Of a stretch of 64,000 nucleotides of DNA, positions 1-11,509 are shown in pieces (position 1 is the stretch's first letter; each line of letters starts with the position of its first letter). The stretch is from Podospora anserina (taxonomy: Eukaryota), in contig CM030333.1 in NCBI GenBank assembly GCA_017654855.1, positions 62,001-126,000 on the forward strand. The letters are read 5' to 3'. The notes beneath the pieces are model-generated. The model saw only the letters and a list, made by a program, of their open reading frames with translations. It did not search any database and had not been told where the DNA came from. Both the position numbers and the translations under genes were made by a program.

Positions 1-609
1 GGGGCGATGGCACGGATGTAGTGGGCGGCAGCTATCGCGCCAGCAACGGAGGCTACAAATCCTCAGCATCAAACACCACTAGAAACAAGAGATGGGGGGA
101 CTCACCCTCACGCTTCTCAGAGCTGTCCTTGATGCCCTTTCCAGCGAAGTAGGCGCTAGTCGCCAAAGTCAGCACTTGCAGGGAGAATTGTAGAGCAAAC
201 CAATGGTGACTTACGCTCCACCTTGCGATGTCTGGAGGATGATGGGAGCCTTGGAGTCACGGGCTTGGGGGTCAAGGTTAGCACAAATCACGCATGGGAC
301 TTGGGAAGGAACCTACCAGCCTCAAGGGCGGCGACAACAGTCGAGCTCGAGGTGACGTTCACGGCAGGAATCGCAAACCCGACCTTGCGGGCGTGCTGGA
401 AAAGCTGGAGAACATGGTCGCCCTACACAAGCAGCAAGAGAATACAGGTCAGGAGGTTCTGTCGGAGAATTGGCTGCGGATATGCGGATTGGGGGTTGGA
501 CGTACGTAGATGACTCCGGCGGGGAGGTTAAGCTCCTATTAAAAAGTACATGTCAGCTGCTGGTAGACGACAGGAGGTCTAGGTTGTGGCTTACATCGAG
601 GATGCCCAT
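1..609 (-). CDS. fba1: Fructose-bisphosphate aldolase class II, 5' part (runs off window start)
   Basis: Exons 609-595, 535-506, 422-317, 263-215, 155-106, 52-1 joined by GT-AG introns give MGILDELNLPAGVIYGDHVLQLFQHARKVGFAIPAVNVTSSSTVVAALEAARDSKAPIILQTSQGGAAYFAGKG...SVAGAIAAAHYIRAIAP. Not present in the ORF track. Confidence 0.96.
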
Positions 610-1786
610 TGTGATATCGGTAGACAGGTAAAAGCTAATTGTGCGGTGATTGCTGAAGGAAAACGGAGTGACTGGTCCAAAGATGAATGTAAGGAGACGA
701 GAAGGGAGTGGAAGGAAAAATGAGTGCTTTGTATGACGCACCTGGACTCTGTCGCGGTTGCTCAGACGAGTTGCAAGACCACCGACAAGTCGCTGGCAGG
801 AGCGGGGCATCCCGGTCCAGGAGAATCACCCCACCATGTCCACCGGCACCCCGCGGGCTGGCCAGGTGGGGTGTTGAGCCAAAGCACTGGCTTCGGCATG
901 TGCTGCGGCCCGGCAGTGATTCCTGCGGCCTGTCCTGCAGGCTTTTGACAGCTGCCAACTGAAGAAACTGTTGGGATTTCTGACAGAACCCAGTTGAACC
1001 CCCAATCTCTTGGCAATGTCATCAAGACATGGTCGGTCCGATGGCCCAAGAGGCTTTTTTGGGCTTTGCGAAGCCGGACGGACGAGCAGGGCAGTGTATT
1101 TTTTTTCTGCACACTCTCACCGTATTCCCATGATGTCAAACCACCCATCATCTCGGCCGGTCATGTCGGCGTGGGTGGAGAAACGCGGCGCAAGGCACAG
1201 CACCTGTGTCGCCAGCTTGGCGGAAAATAGTGGAAAGCACCGGCGTCCGTACCCGTATGACCTCGGTCCGACATGACACATATTCGCCAGGAACCGGAAT
1301 GTCTTCAAGGCTGTTCTCGACCGTTTAAAAGGTCTCCCTCACGCCGAATTTCCTAGCACTCGTAGTTGGGCTTCAGGACCATTGGAAGTGAGGGGTGAGA
1401 GCCTAGCTACGTCATGGTGGATCAAGTCCAGGGATGAGCTGACTCGGCGGAGCTGAGGAGACGATGATCAAAACCACCAGCAAACACGCATCGTCAACAT
1501 CAGCATTGGTCATATCCATCAACGGCTGAGAAATGCAAAAGCGAGTCCGACGGCTCGCAATGAAATCCTTCGTTACCAAATTGGGACTGTCTTATTGAAT
1601 CGACGTGGGAGCTACACAAGATGACAAACTGGGTGCTCCTTCTGACAAATTGGGCCAACAGGAGCGCATAGGCAGTTGTTATGGCATCAGCGAAAGAGGG
1701 CAAGAGCAACTGAATATATAGGGCTCAGGCAGTCCAAGATACTGGAGATGTTTTAGACTAGAACCAGACTTCTCATCTCTGGCATC

Positions 1787-2366
1787 ATGAAGAGCTTCAC
1801 ACTTCTCGCAGGTCTTTTGTTCTCGTCCACGGCTTCATCAGCCGTGCAGGGTATAAAGTCCCCCAAACCCCCGTCGCTGAACCATCTTTGCTCGGTCAAT
1901 TTTACTTTGGGTGACGCTATCCCGATTGGAAGCGGACCAAGAGGCATTCGGCTGGTTATTCCCATCTTGAACGGCACCTTCTGGGGACCTAGACTTAAGG
2001 GTACCAATCTCTCACCACCACAACCTCTCGACAGAACAGCTGACAAATCCAGGTACCATCTTACCGATTGGTGCGGACTGGGCCCTGCTTGATCCGAAGT
2101 ATGGCCTTGATCCAGACAAGAGCTTTACAGCTGATGTCAGGACCACATTCAAAACCCACGACGGGGAGTTTATCCAGATCACTCTTTCTGGGGAAAGACA
2201 GTCTGATGATGCACGGAAGCGGACTCTAGTCAGAATCGGCATGGAGACGGGAAGCGAACGGTACTACTGGGTGAATTCGTTGGTTGGACTTGGAGTGGTG
2301 ACGAGGCCCGCTGAGGAGGGCAGAGAGTTTGAACTTGGAATGGAGTTCTGGCAGGCTCAGCTTTGA
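1787..2366 (+). CDS. Secreted DUF3237-like beta-barrel protein
   Basis: Signal peptide MKSFTLLAGLLFSSTASS; intron 2001-2052; motifs IGSGPRGIRLVIPILNGTFWGPRLKGTILPIGADW, DVRTTFKTHDG, ETGSERYYWVN; TGA at 2364-2366. Confidence 0.8.
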
Positions 2367-3363
2367 AATTTTGGTCTGGGGTTTCTTGAGTCCGGTATTG
2401 ATCGCAAATTCATCATCTCAGGGACACTCCCTGGATCTATCACCCTTCCTTCCGTAGCCTTGAATTGGTCACCGCTCGCAGAGTAACCTCTTATCCAAAA
2501 TAACACCGCTTTCGACAACTTGAAATACATCTAGGAGTAAATGGTCCGGTCTGTGAGCAGGTTCATGATCACTGGCTTTCATCCAACTGGCGGAAAAAAA
2601 TTCCCTCCCGGCCATTTCGCTTACAACTGCACGCCTTCAACTTGTCTCATAGCGGTGTTGGTGAAATGGCAAACCATCTTGCCTTTAGACGGCATGTTAT
2701 CGGTTTCTCTTAGACAGAACCGCATTCTCGAAATGCTGATTGAGCGACACAGAGCCAAGAGAACATATTGTGTGGCCAACCGTTGCAACTCAATGTCGCA
2801 GTCATTGAAAGAGACACTCGGCAGTTATCCAGGGGATTAAAAGAGTCTCGTCTCGGCTCAGAGCTTTCGCCTATTTGCCGGCATATACCACAACTTGATG
2901 TCGTCATTATGTTGTGAAGACATTCGGAAAGTTGGCTTGGCATTTCAGGGGTAAGTCGTTTTTGTGGCAGCCATTACCCGATCTGTGTTGGCAAGGTGAG
3001 TCTGCAAATCGCGGTGCAGGTAGCAAGTTTAACCTTTTATAACAGCTTCAAAACCGCGCCTATCTTGATGCTATCTCCAATCGCCAAACAGGGGTACGGA
3101 TAGTTTAACCGCCAGTCCAGCGCTTGGATCGCCAACCTTTCTGCATTGTACCTGTGAATTGCAATAACCTTTGGTTGAAATCTTATCAGCATAGTCATAG
3201 ATGCGGGTTTCGGCACGTAGGTTGGGAAAGGGAAAGGTAGAAACGGCAGGATCAACAGGGGCAACAATAATGTCTGGGCATATAAGAGGAGAAAGAAGTG
3301 AATGATGGATGAGTACTCGTCACCAGCGCTCCCATCTTTGCCATCGAATCCTTCTAGCCCAGG

Positions 3364-4365
3364 ATGAAATTCCTTGCCGTTTTCAACCTTGCTTTGCTGT
3401 GTGGACAGAGCGTGGCCTCGGTCCATTGCACGGTTGTGAAGCCTGATCTCGTGAAGCGAATGTGCGCGTTTGACAACTGCCCTTCTATCGGCCATGTCAA
3501 ACGCGGGCAACTTGTACATGCCGCATGTTTAGCTGACTGCAGCACTGTGGATAAGTGAGTTTGTCTCAGGTCCCAAACACAGTCATCGGTGCTGACCCTA
3601 AGCTGGAGCCCATGGGTCAAGCTGTTTGACGATACCTTTATCCAAGCAAGGAAGCAATATCTCAAACACTGTCACACATTTGGCAAGGATGCTTTCATCA
3701 AAGGTAAGCTTGACTTTTACAAACTCAAGCTTCAACTTGCAGCTAACAGCGGCCAAGACCTTCCCCCTTGTCATGTGGTAGACAAAAGGTCGAAAACAGA
3801 TTGCGCATTCCTGTCGAGCTCTCCTCAATTACATTCACGACCTGGCAAACTTGGTTCAGGACTTCTGAAGCCCCTGAAAAGAGATACGGGCAACAGTCTC
3901 GAGTATGTGTCAGGGCCGATCGCATCACACAACACAACTCTTCCTGATAACGTAGGCAACTCGACGACTGTTTCCGCCAATTCAACCGTTTCTGCGAATT
4001 CGACGATTCACCTTGGCAACAATGCAACCAATCCGTTCCTCAAAAAGTGGTACAAGCGTCATGCCATCCGATCTCCTCAGGTCTTCACTACGATAACCCT
4101 GCCTATACCAACCCCAACTCTCACAATTCCAATCACCACGCCAACTCTCTCATTGCCAATCCCAACCTCAACAGTCTCGATATCAATCCCGTTCCCGACA
4201 ACCACGGCACCTAGTCTACCTCTCCCTACCGGTATACTTTCGCGTCGCCATGATCAACAAAAGGTTGACTTTGCCTTCTTTCCCAACTCTACCACCCCGC
4301 TGGGCAATGTTACAAAGCCTCATGTTCCTAAAAGATCGCTTGTGGCTCTTCCTTTTAATGCTTAG
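3364..4365 (+). CDS. Secreted protein: Cys-containing N-terminal domain, several KR/RR sites, Thr/Pro-rich repeats
   Basis: Signal peptide MKFLAVFNLALLCGQSVA; intron 3555-~3608 and probable in-frame intron 3704-3757 (GTAAGC...GCTAAC...AAG). Confidence 0.7.
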
Positions 4366-4541
4366 ACGGTGGTTGCTCAGCCTTGCTCTCGATTGTCTAC
4401 TTTAGGTTTCTCTCTGTCTTTACCAATATCTGTATTGGAAAATCTTCTGATAGTTCGCCCTCGTTGATCTTACGCTCTTTCAAGCATCAACGTTGCTCAG
4501 CTACTTGTAGGTAGTCTTTGATCTGCTCTAGGAACCCAATT

Positions 4542-6132
4542 TTACCCCAACTTTGCCTTGCTCTCTGCAAGAACCTTCTCGACAACTTGCAAGTCTTCTC
4601 TCAGACTGGTACAGAATCCACCCTCGGGGTCTGAAAAGATCTCGGCAAAGTACAATGCAGCCTCTCCGTACTTTTTCGCGCTCTCCGGGTCCCCTTTATC
4701 ATAGTATAACTTCATGAAAACCTGGTAGTATTCCCCAATCTTGGTAATAAGCCTTTCCACTTGTGCCAGCTCGATGAACTCTCGGGTCCAATCTACCAAA
4801 GCGTCATATTGGGTCTCCGAGTCCTGCATGGCATAAAACAGCTCCATCAGCCGCTCGCGACGAGAGTCGGACGCGTCTCTGGCCTCGGCCGGGGCCGTGC
4901 AAAGTGCACAGGTGCAGTTGAAATGCCAGTTGCCCAGCGATTTGGCACGGTATGACGTGGGCATGCCCAGCGGGATATCTGTGTATGTTAGAGGGCAGTA
5001 CTCGAGGGCGTCCGGATGAACTTCTGGAAACCTTACAGCTAATGGTGATCTCTTCTCCCGGCATGATATCTCTCGTTGCGACCGCCGACATGACCAAATC
5101 GTTGGAGGTGAAGCGTGGAAAGGCACTAGAGCAATCAGCCACTCTTGACTTCTCTGAAAAATGCTGGCTCCGAGACCTACTTGGGATCACAAGCGTGGTT
5201 CATCCTCTATGTTCTGTCAGTCACTCTTCGCGTATGGAAAATAGGAAGACATGAGACCAACCGCAATCTCGGGATACAGCCCTTTGCAATCACGACCGTT
5301 GACTGTCATGCCAAAGGCATTGGTGCGGATCACATCTTCCAGCACATGCATTTCACCTTTTCTGCTCCTCGCCAGGTTCAAAACCCGTTGTCTGTCCCCC
5401 AGTTGCTCCAACGCTCGCTGGTAATACTTTCTACCTTTTACAAAACCTCTTGCTCCCACAGATTCTCCTGCTGGTGTGGCCTTGCGCGTGCCTCCCTCTG
5501 TCACCTTGAATTTGACACCTGCTTCGTCCTCCTCTTCCCGGGGGAAAAAAGCGTTATCCGCAATCACGGCAGGAAAGGCGCGCATGATGGTTTCAAACCG
5601 GCTGATCTTTCTGGTTGCGATGACTCCTTTTCCCTTTCCGGGAATAGAGATGATGGCGTATGGCAGATCGGGATGCTGAAACTCCTCCTGGGGTTTGAAA
5701 TGTCTTCTCTCTAGCCAATGGTTCGCAGCTCTGTCGATGGCCACCACCAGGCCAGCAGCAGTTTCTGGAGTTGTCAGAAAGGAAACTCCAGCCCCTAGAT
5801 TGTACGACGCGGACGAAAAGACACAAAACTTCTCGCCTGGAATGTCGGAGAAGGACGTGGAGCAGAGAGGTTGGTGGGTCCACGGCAGATTGGGAATGTC
5901 AAAGGAATCCGATTCGTCATCCACTAAAAGAGGTGACTGCTTCGGTGCAGCAGATAATGGGGAGAGTAGAGGATTGAGACATATGGTCTGAAGGGCAGAA
6001 ACATGGTTGATAGTCAGGAAGAAACAAGACCAAAGTATGGGTGAAAACTTGAAGGCCAGACGGTGTGTGGGTTCTGGGAGTCATGTCAGCGACCTGCCGT
6101 CCTCATTGTCAAAAGATATACTTACTAGCCAT
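4542..6132 (-). CDS. SET-domain protein (SMYD/Set5-like) with predicted signal peptide
   Basis: Exons 6132-6126, 6073-5262, 5206-5181, 5125-5037, 4978-4542. Motifs PGKGKGVIATRKI, RMNHACDPN, DIMPGEEITISY, post-SET WHFNCTCALC. Confidence 0.88.
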
Positions 6133-6741
6133 GATGATGAGCTTTTGTTTCTTGACTTGTCCCGCTGGTCGGTTCTATTCCGATGAGATGGAGGAGATAT
6201 CAAACTGTTTACCCAGCATCTTGCTACGGTGTTCGCTTGGGCATAATCACTTGGCGAGCTGAGCACTGACAACGCCGAGAATTTCGAGTTTTACCCTGTC
6301 CCAGATAGAATTCCCAGTAGGAATTCTGGAGGTCAAGGCGAATAGCCGCCAGTGGAAGATGCCCCGGTTAATACGGATATCGTGATATAGCCGACATCCA
6401 AGTCGATCCGAGTCAGTACACAGTCTGGCAGTGTCAAATGAAAAAAGTCAAAACAGTTGTATTCTCTATCGATGGTCATGCTCATGATGCAGAAATGCTG
6501 ATGCTGGTGATGCTGATATCCAATATCCCAAATGTAATCCCAATGCTGTCCTCACAAAGTAGGCACCCAAGCCCAAAAATCGTAAATGTATCCCAAAGAA
6601 CCGCGGACCACTAAAAACCGCACAGAATCGAAGAAAGAGTGACCGATGGACTCCTGAGGTGAAGCTCAGTGAACCAGAGGCTGGTTGAGAAAGAAAGGGG
6701 GCGCTGCGTGCATCCCGGGAGGTCATGTTGATGCGCCGGCT

Positions 6742-7178
6742 CTAGTACCCATCGGCTTGGGCAACAACAGTCCAACCGTCATCCTTACCCGCGACAGGCT
6801 TGGGGGTGGAAGAGGTGACGGTGGAGCCAGAACGAGCGGCGTCGGTAGGATTAGAGCTGCACTTGGTGTAACCGTCGGTGACGAGAACTTGCACACCGGC
6901 AGGAAGGACCATGCGGCCGGTGCCCTGGGACATGAGGATCACATCCTCTTCGGTACCGGTGCGCTCGCCCTTGAGAAAAACGATGGACTTGCAGCCCTGA
7001 AAGTCGAATGTGCGCTCATAGTTGCGGGCGGGGATTTCGACGTAGTTGCTGAGGTCCGCAGAGGTGAAGACGGCTTCGGTCTTGTCCGACCAGCGGCGAC
7101 GCTTGGACAATGTCAGTCTTTCATTTGCGCATGCGGTTCGAGTCAGGGGAGACTTACAAGTTCCTGGGCGTCAATCAT
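6742..7178 (-). CDS. Small hypothetical protein (126 aa)
   Basis: Exon 7178-7158 (MIDAQEL), intron GTAAGT...ACTGAC...AAG, exon 7101-6742 in frame; good start context CAACATG; C-ending codon bias. Confidence 0.72.
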
Positions 7179-7995
7179 GTTGATGGTGGTAAGCGGTGGT
7201 GGGTGGGAAAAGGTTGATGAGTGAAGATGTGATTGTGTCTGGGAGGAAAAAGAGGTCAGTCGTCCATGAACAACTGCTCTCTATTTAACAACCATCTTGC
7301 ACTCTTGAGCAGGTCTCCTGATACCCACCGAGCATCTCCACGATGCAAAAGCGAAACCCGCTTCCTGCCCAAAGTCTCCAACACGGCATGCACCAATGTG
7401 CTGACATCCATAGACGTTGCAGATGACTGGGCCCACGCGCCAAGGATGGAGTGCCGTCGCCGTGTACCCAATGAAGTCTGTACAAGAAAATCAGCCAGAG
7501 CCCAACCCCAAACACGAACACACTTGGGATCTACTTTGGAGCCCAAAAGACAGTTCCCCGCTGTGATAACGGGGCCCAGACTGCCAGAGTCTGCCGAGTC
7601 TGCTAACGTGGACGGCCTTGGCAGGGCGGTGGGCGATTAGCGCGGGCCCATATCGAGTGGCATCGTGACGTGGCTGTTGTGGTGTCTCTGACCGACACTT
7701 GTCATTGGCCTCTCCTTGGCAGGGCGAGTGGAGAAGGGAGCGACACATCACGATCGATCGATTCCCGCCAGTGTCCACACACCTGACTCGTCTGATTTGG
7801 GATTTAAGCGCGCTGTAGTGCTGAGGCTGCTGCAAGCCTGCAAGATGCACAAACGAGCAACTGATCCAAAGTTCAGCTGTCTAAACACAGTTAGGCGATT
7901 CGCAGTGTTGCAGCGAACTTGGGAGCGAGTGGAAGGTGCGAGGGGATCAAGGCAAGGCCAAGCCCTGATGAAACTCTACACTACTGATATGCTGT

Positions 7996-8992
7996 CTAGT
8001 GCATCTTCATCATGTCGACACTTGTAAGATAGTCACTTGTTCCCTTTGCCGGCTCCCGATCTTTGGGCCCACATGTTGTCCCGGCTTTCCCTTCCCCCCT
8101 GGCGCCGTCAACTCTCATCCACTGGTTGCGGCTCGTGGCCTTCAGCAGATTTTTTTGAGCGTCATCAAACCACCCATTGATGAAATCCCCATGAAAGCAG
8201 TACCCTTCGCCAACTTCGCCGCAAGCCAACTTCAGAGGTGGAGTGCCGGACCAACCTTTGGGAAACAGGCTGCGAACATTGTATCGAACAGAGAACCGGA
8301 GCTGCGGAATTCGTTTCATACCTGAGGGACAACGGCCACCGTTCGCTGCGGTGTAGGCATAGTTCTTGATGTTGCTTGTCTGGACGCAATCCGGAAACCG
8401 AAGAATGACTTGGATATTGCCGCTGCACGTCACGCGAGGCATGAGAGCTCGATTACGGTTTTGTCTGTCCTCAGGCCCATTTTCACACCACCATGTCAGA
8501 CCAGTGGTGCCCTCGTTCACATCACTCTGGCTTCTCGCTGTTGCATTTCCGGCAATGGCAAAAAAGTCTTGTGGATATGGAATCTCGGCCTTGTCGATGT
8601 TTTCATAGTATGTGCTGAACATGCCCGGATTCACCTCCACAAAGTCGGTTGGTCCCCGTACATAGTAAAGGGTTGGAATCCCTTCAATGTTGATGATTTT
8701 GGTCTCGCCTTAGCCGCCTGACACATGAAGAACAAGCAGAATAAGAAAACTTACAGTACACTGACAAATCGTTGGGGTTCTCTCCAGAGGCACAGCCTTT
8801 CTGCAGGTCGGCCGTGGTGGGCAGGTCTTTGGTCACAGCATCGGATCCAAAGAATGAGTGCATATGAGAACGGTACTGCCCAGGATAAACGATAGGATCA
8901 ATATTCTTGACCATGAATCGCTTGTGGCGGATGTCAGTATATGCCGTCACGACCGCCGCCAGAGCGCATGCAACAGCTGTTGAGACGATCAT
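7996..8992 (-). CDS. Secreted DUF1996-domain protein
   Basis: Signal peptide; NIDPIVYPG..SHMHSFFGS, NDLSVYWIPTLY (across intron 8754-8682), LRFPDC, CFHGDFINGW. Confidence 0.9.
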
Positions 8993-9920
8993 GATGGTGT
9001 TGAAACTGATAGTTGAAAGTGTCGATGACAGTCAATACATCAACATTCAGAATGCGGTGACCCCCTTTTATCTGTTTTGGTAACAGTGAACCGTAAGAAA
9101 CAGGGTTGTCGTGATATGTTTGGGGCTTGATATGCCGGTACTCACCATGGAGCCTGCCAACCGCAATGCTGGGCTGAGTATCTACCGCAGAGATAAGCAA
9201 CGGAATCATGAGAGAGTATTGGTGGCATTTTCCTTTCCGTGCCTCCGGTTATAGGGGAGTATAGTCGAGCACAGATGCTTCCACCTATCGTGACAGAGCA
9301 TTCCTGCTGCTTGATTCTTGGAAATACATTAGGCTGACCTTGAAGGCAATATACTCCATGCAACCCTTCATAACAGAGCTCACAATGAAAACGAGTTTCA
9401 GCAGTTGATAGGTAATCACCAAATTTCTGTAAACTAGTGGCAAGGTGTGCTTTCTCGAATCTACGTTATGAATGAACTCCTCCGAGTTCGTCGCTAACTA
9501 CCTACACATTTCTGCTTCAGGCTGGAAAGTATGTAGGTATTCAACAATACGGTATTTTTAACAAGCTCTGATTGTGATCCACACATAGAAGAAGGCACAA
9601 ACATTATCCCCATAAGACCAACAGCCTATATATCTATGAAAGTCCGAACGGGGTGTTGGGAGGCGTGGTCTACCTTGCTTCGAAACCCCCTATCCAAATG
9701 ACATTACAGGTACGATTTTATTGAAATTATATTTTTCCCACCCATCCTTCGTGTTTTCTTTCTACAGAGTACCTATCCACCACTCTTTCCATTTCCTTGA
9801 TTTCCTTCAAGTTGTCATCCCATATGCAATAACTGTCGACTTACACATTTCTACCTAAATAGGAAATAAGCCTCCTAACTATCTTTCGAGAGATAGTAAG
9901 TACCTTTCGAGGCCCGTTAA

Positions 9921-10202
9921 TGTTACCAAGCTGAAGTGCCAATAGGTCAAGGCCAGTACTGTATTCCAGTAGCTAATGTAATCGTAAGATAAAGAAGAAA
10001 AAAGGAAAGGAAGGTTTGTGTGTGGCCCGTCTTGCTCTCCCAAGATATCCTTGCCCTGCCCTGCCTGGCCTGTGCCTTCCTCCTGCTCTTCTCCCATTGG
10101 CCACAGCCTCCCTGCTCTCCTATTGGTCGCAGCCTTCTTCCTGCTCCCTCTGCTCCCTGCACCCCTAACCCTGTCCCGTGCTCTCTGCCGTATGCCGTCA
10201 CG
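9921..10202 (-). mobile_element. Solo LTR (282 bp) of an LTR retrotransposon with 5-bp TSD GTTAA
   Basis: GTTAA at 9916-9920 and 10203-10207. On the minus strand the element reads CGTGAC...GTAACA (canonical TG...CA with one terminal change). Strongly purine-skewed half followed by a pyrimidine/AT-rich half; composition differs from the flanks. Confidence 0.75.
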
Positions 10203-10981
10203 GTTAACGACCTTTCGAGACCATTTAGTTATATTTCAGGGTATAATTGCAGATGCTGTTCCAGGTATATTGACTTACATTTCTTTACAATGTCAGACTC
10301 TCTCCATAGCATGCCTCTTAAGAGGCTTGGAAAATAAGGTCATGACCCCTGGCATCGATGTATTTGTACCAAGGTCTCAGAACCTTTAAGGGGTCAGAAA
10401 ACCACTAAGCAAATTTTCTTCCGTACAAATAGCGGCTATAAGCTGCGTGATAGCCATGAGTGGTCTGTCCCAAAAGCTGCTGGTCGCCTACCTGAGTCCA
10501 TCCCATTGAGTGAGCGAAAATGGTAGAGGGTGCGAATCGTGCGATACGAAAATTGTAGCAGCTTGATTTGCAGATGAGGCATGGAAACATTAAAGAGATC
10601 TCGAAAAGAGATTCTTCGTTGCAATGAACTACGTTGGCTTGAAGGGAGTCGAGACCATTATTAGCCTCAAAACTCAATGTACAACGATGTGAAAGGCTGG
10701 AAGTGCACCAGTTCACGACCATACTGAAGCACTGGGTTATTCTCCACCCCATTGTTCTACTACAAATCACATAGCAGTATCAAGTAATGGCACAAGAGAA
10801 GTTGGCTGCCACGGATGACAGCAGGTTAAGATGCTCCAACCGCTTAGAAGCCTTCAACATGTCGTTGCAATACGTAATATTGTATTAACGGCTTGTCTAA
10901 TGGGTACAGGATGTCAGGGTCCAAATAACCTGTGAGAACGATCAAACATAGCAATCACCACGTAGTGAAACGGTCATAGTG

Positions 10982-11005
10982 TTTTTTTTTTTTTTTAAAA
11001 AAAAA
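10982..11005. repeat. T15-A9 homopolymer junction
   Basis: Read directly: 15 T followed by 9 A in an intergenic region. Confidence 0.9.
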
Positions 11006-11509
11006 GAGAGAAACAGGGTTTGTAGTGCAGGCCTTGGTAAGCTCGTCATACTTGTTTTTGGTGTTGAAATGAAGCTCCGTATTTCCTGATAAAGACTCAA
11101 AGGATCTTTGCTCAACGCGGGGTTAGCCCTCGTATATATCCCGTCTTCTTTAGCCGCTGCAGTTATGCCGAGATGCTGTTTATCCGTGAGCAGCTTGTCG
11201 TTGAGCGGACCAATGGCAAGTTCACCTCGGTTTCTCGCCCGTTGTTATGGGGTATCATTACATATAGTCGGAAGAGATGAGATCAGAAGAAGAGCGTTGG
11301 ATGATACTGTCACAGTGTAGGAGCCGGTTATTTGCTGACCAGGCGTACACGAGCACATCGAAAATGGGATAGGAAGCTCCCCAAGATGAATCCTTCACGC
11401 TGACAAGTCAAGTTGTTAGCTCTTTAATAGTGTGCAACATTCCCTTTCATAGAAACCACATTTCTCCAAGAGACCAAACCAGCCGGAAAACACGTTGAAG
11501 CTCGACAAG

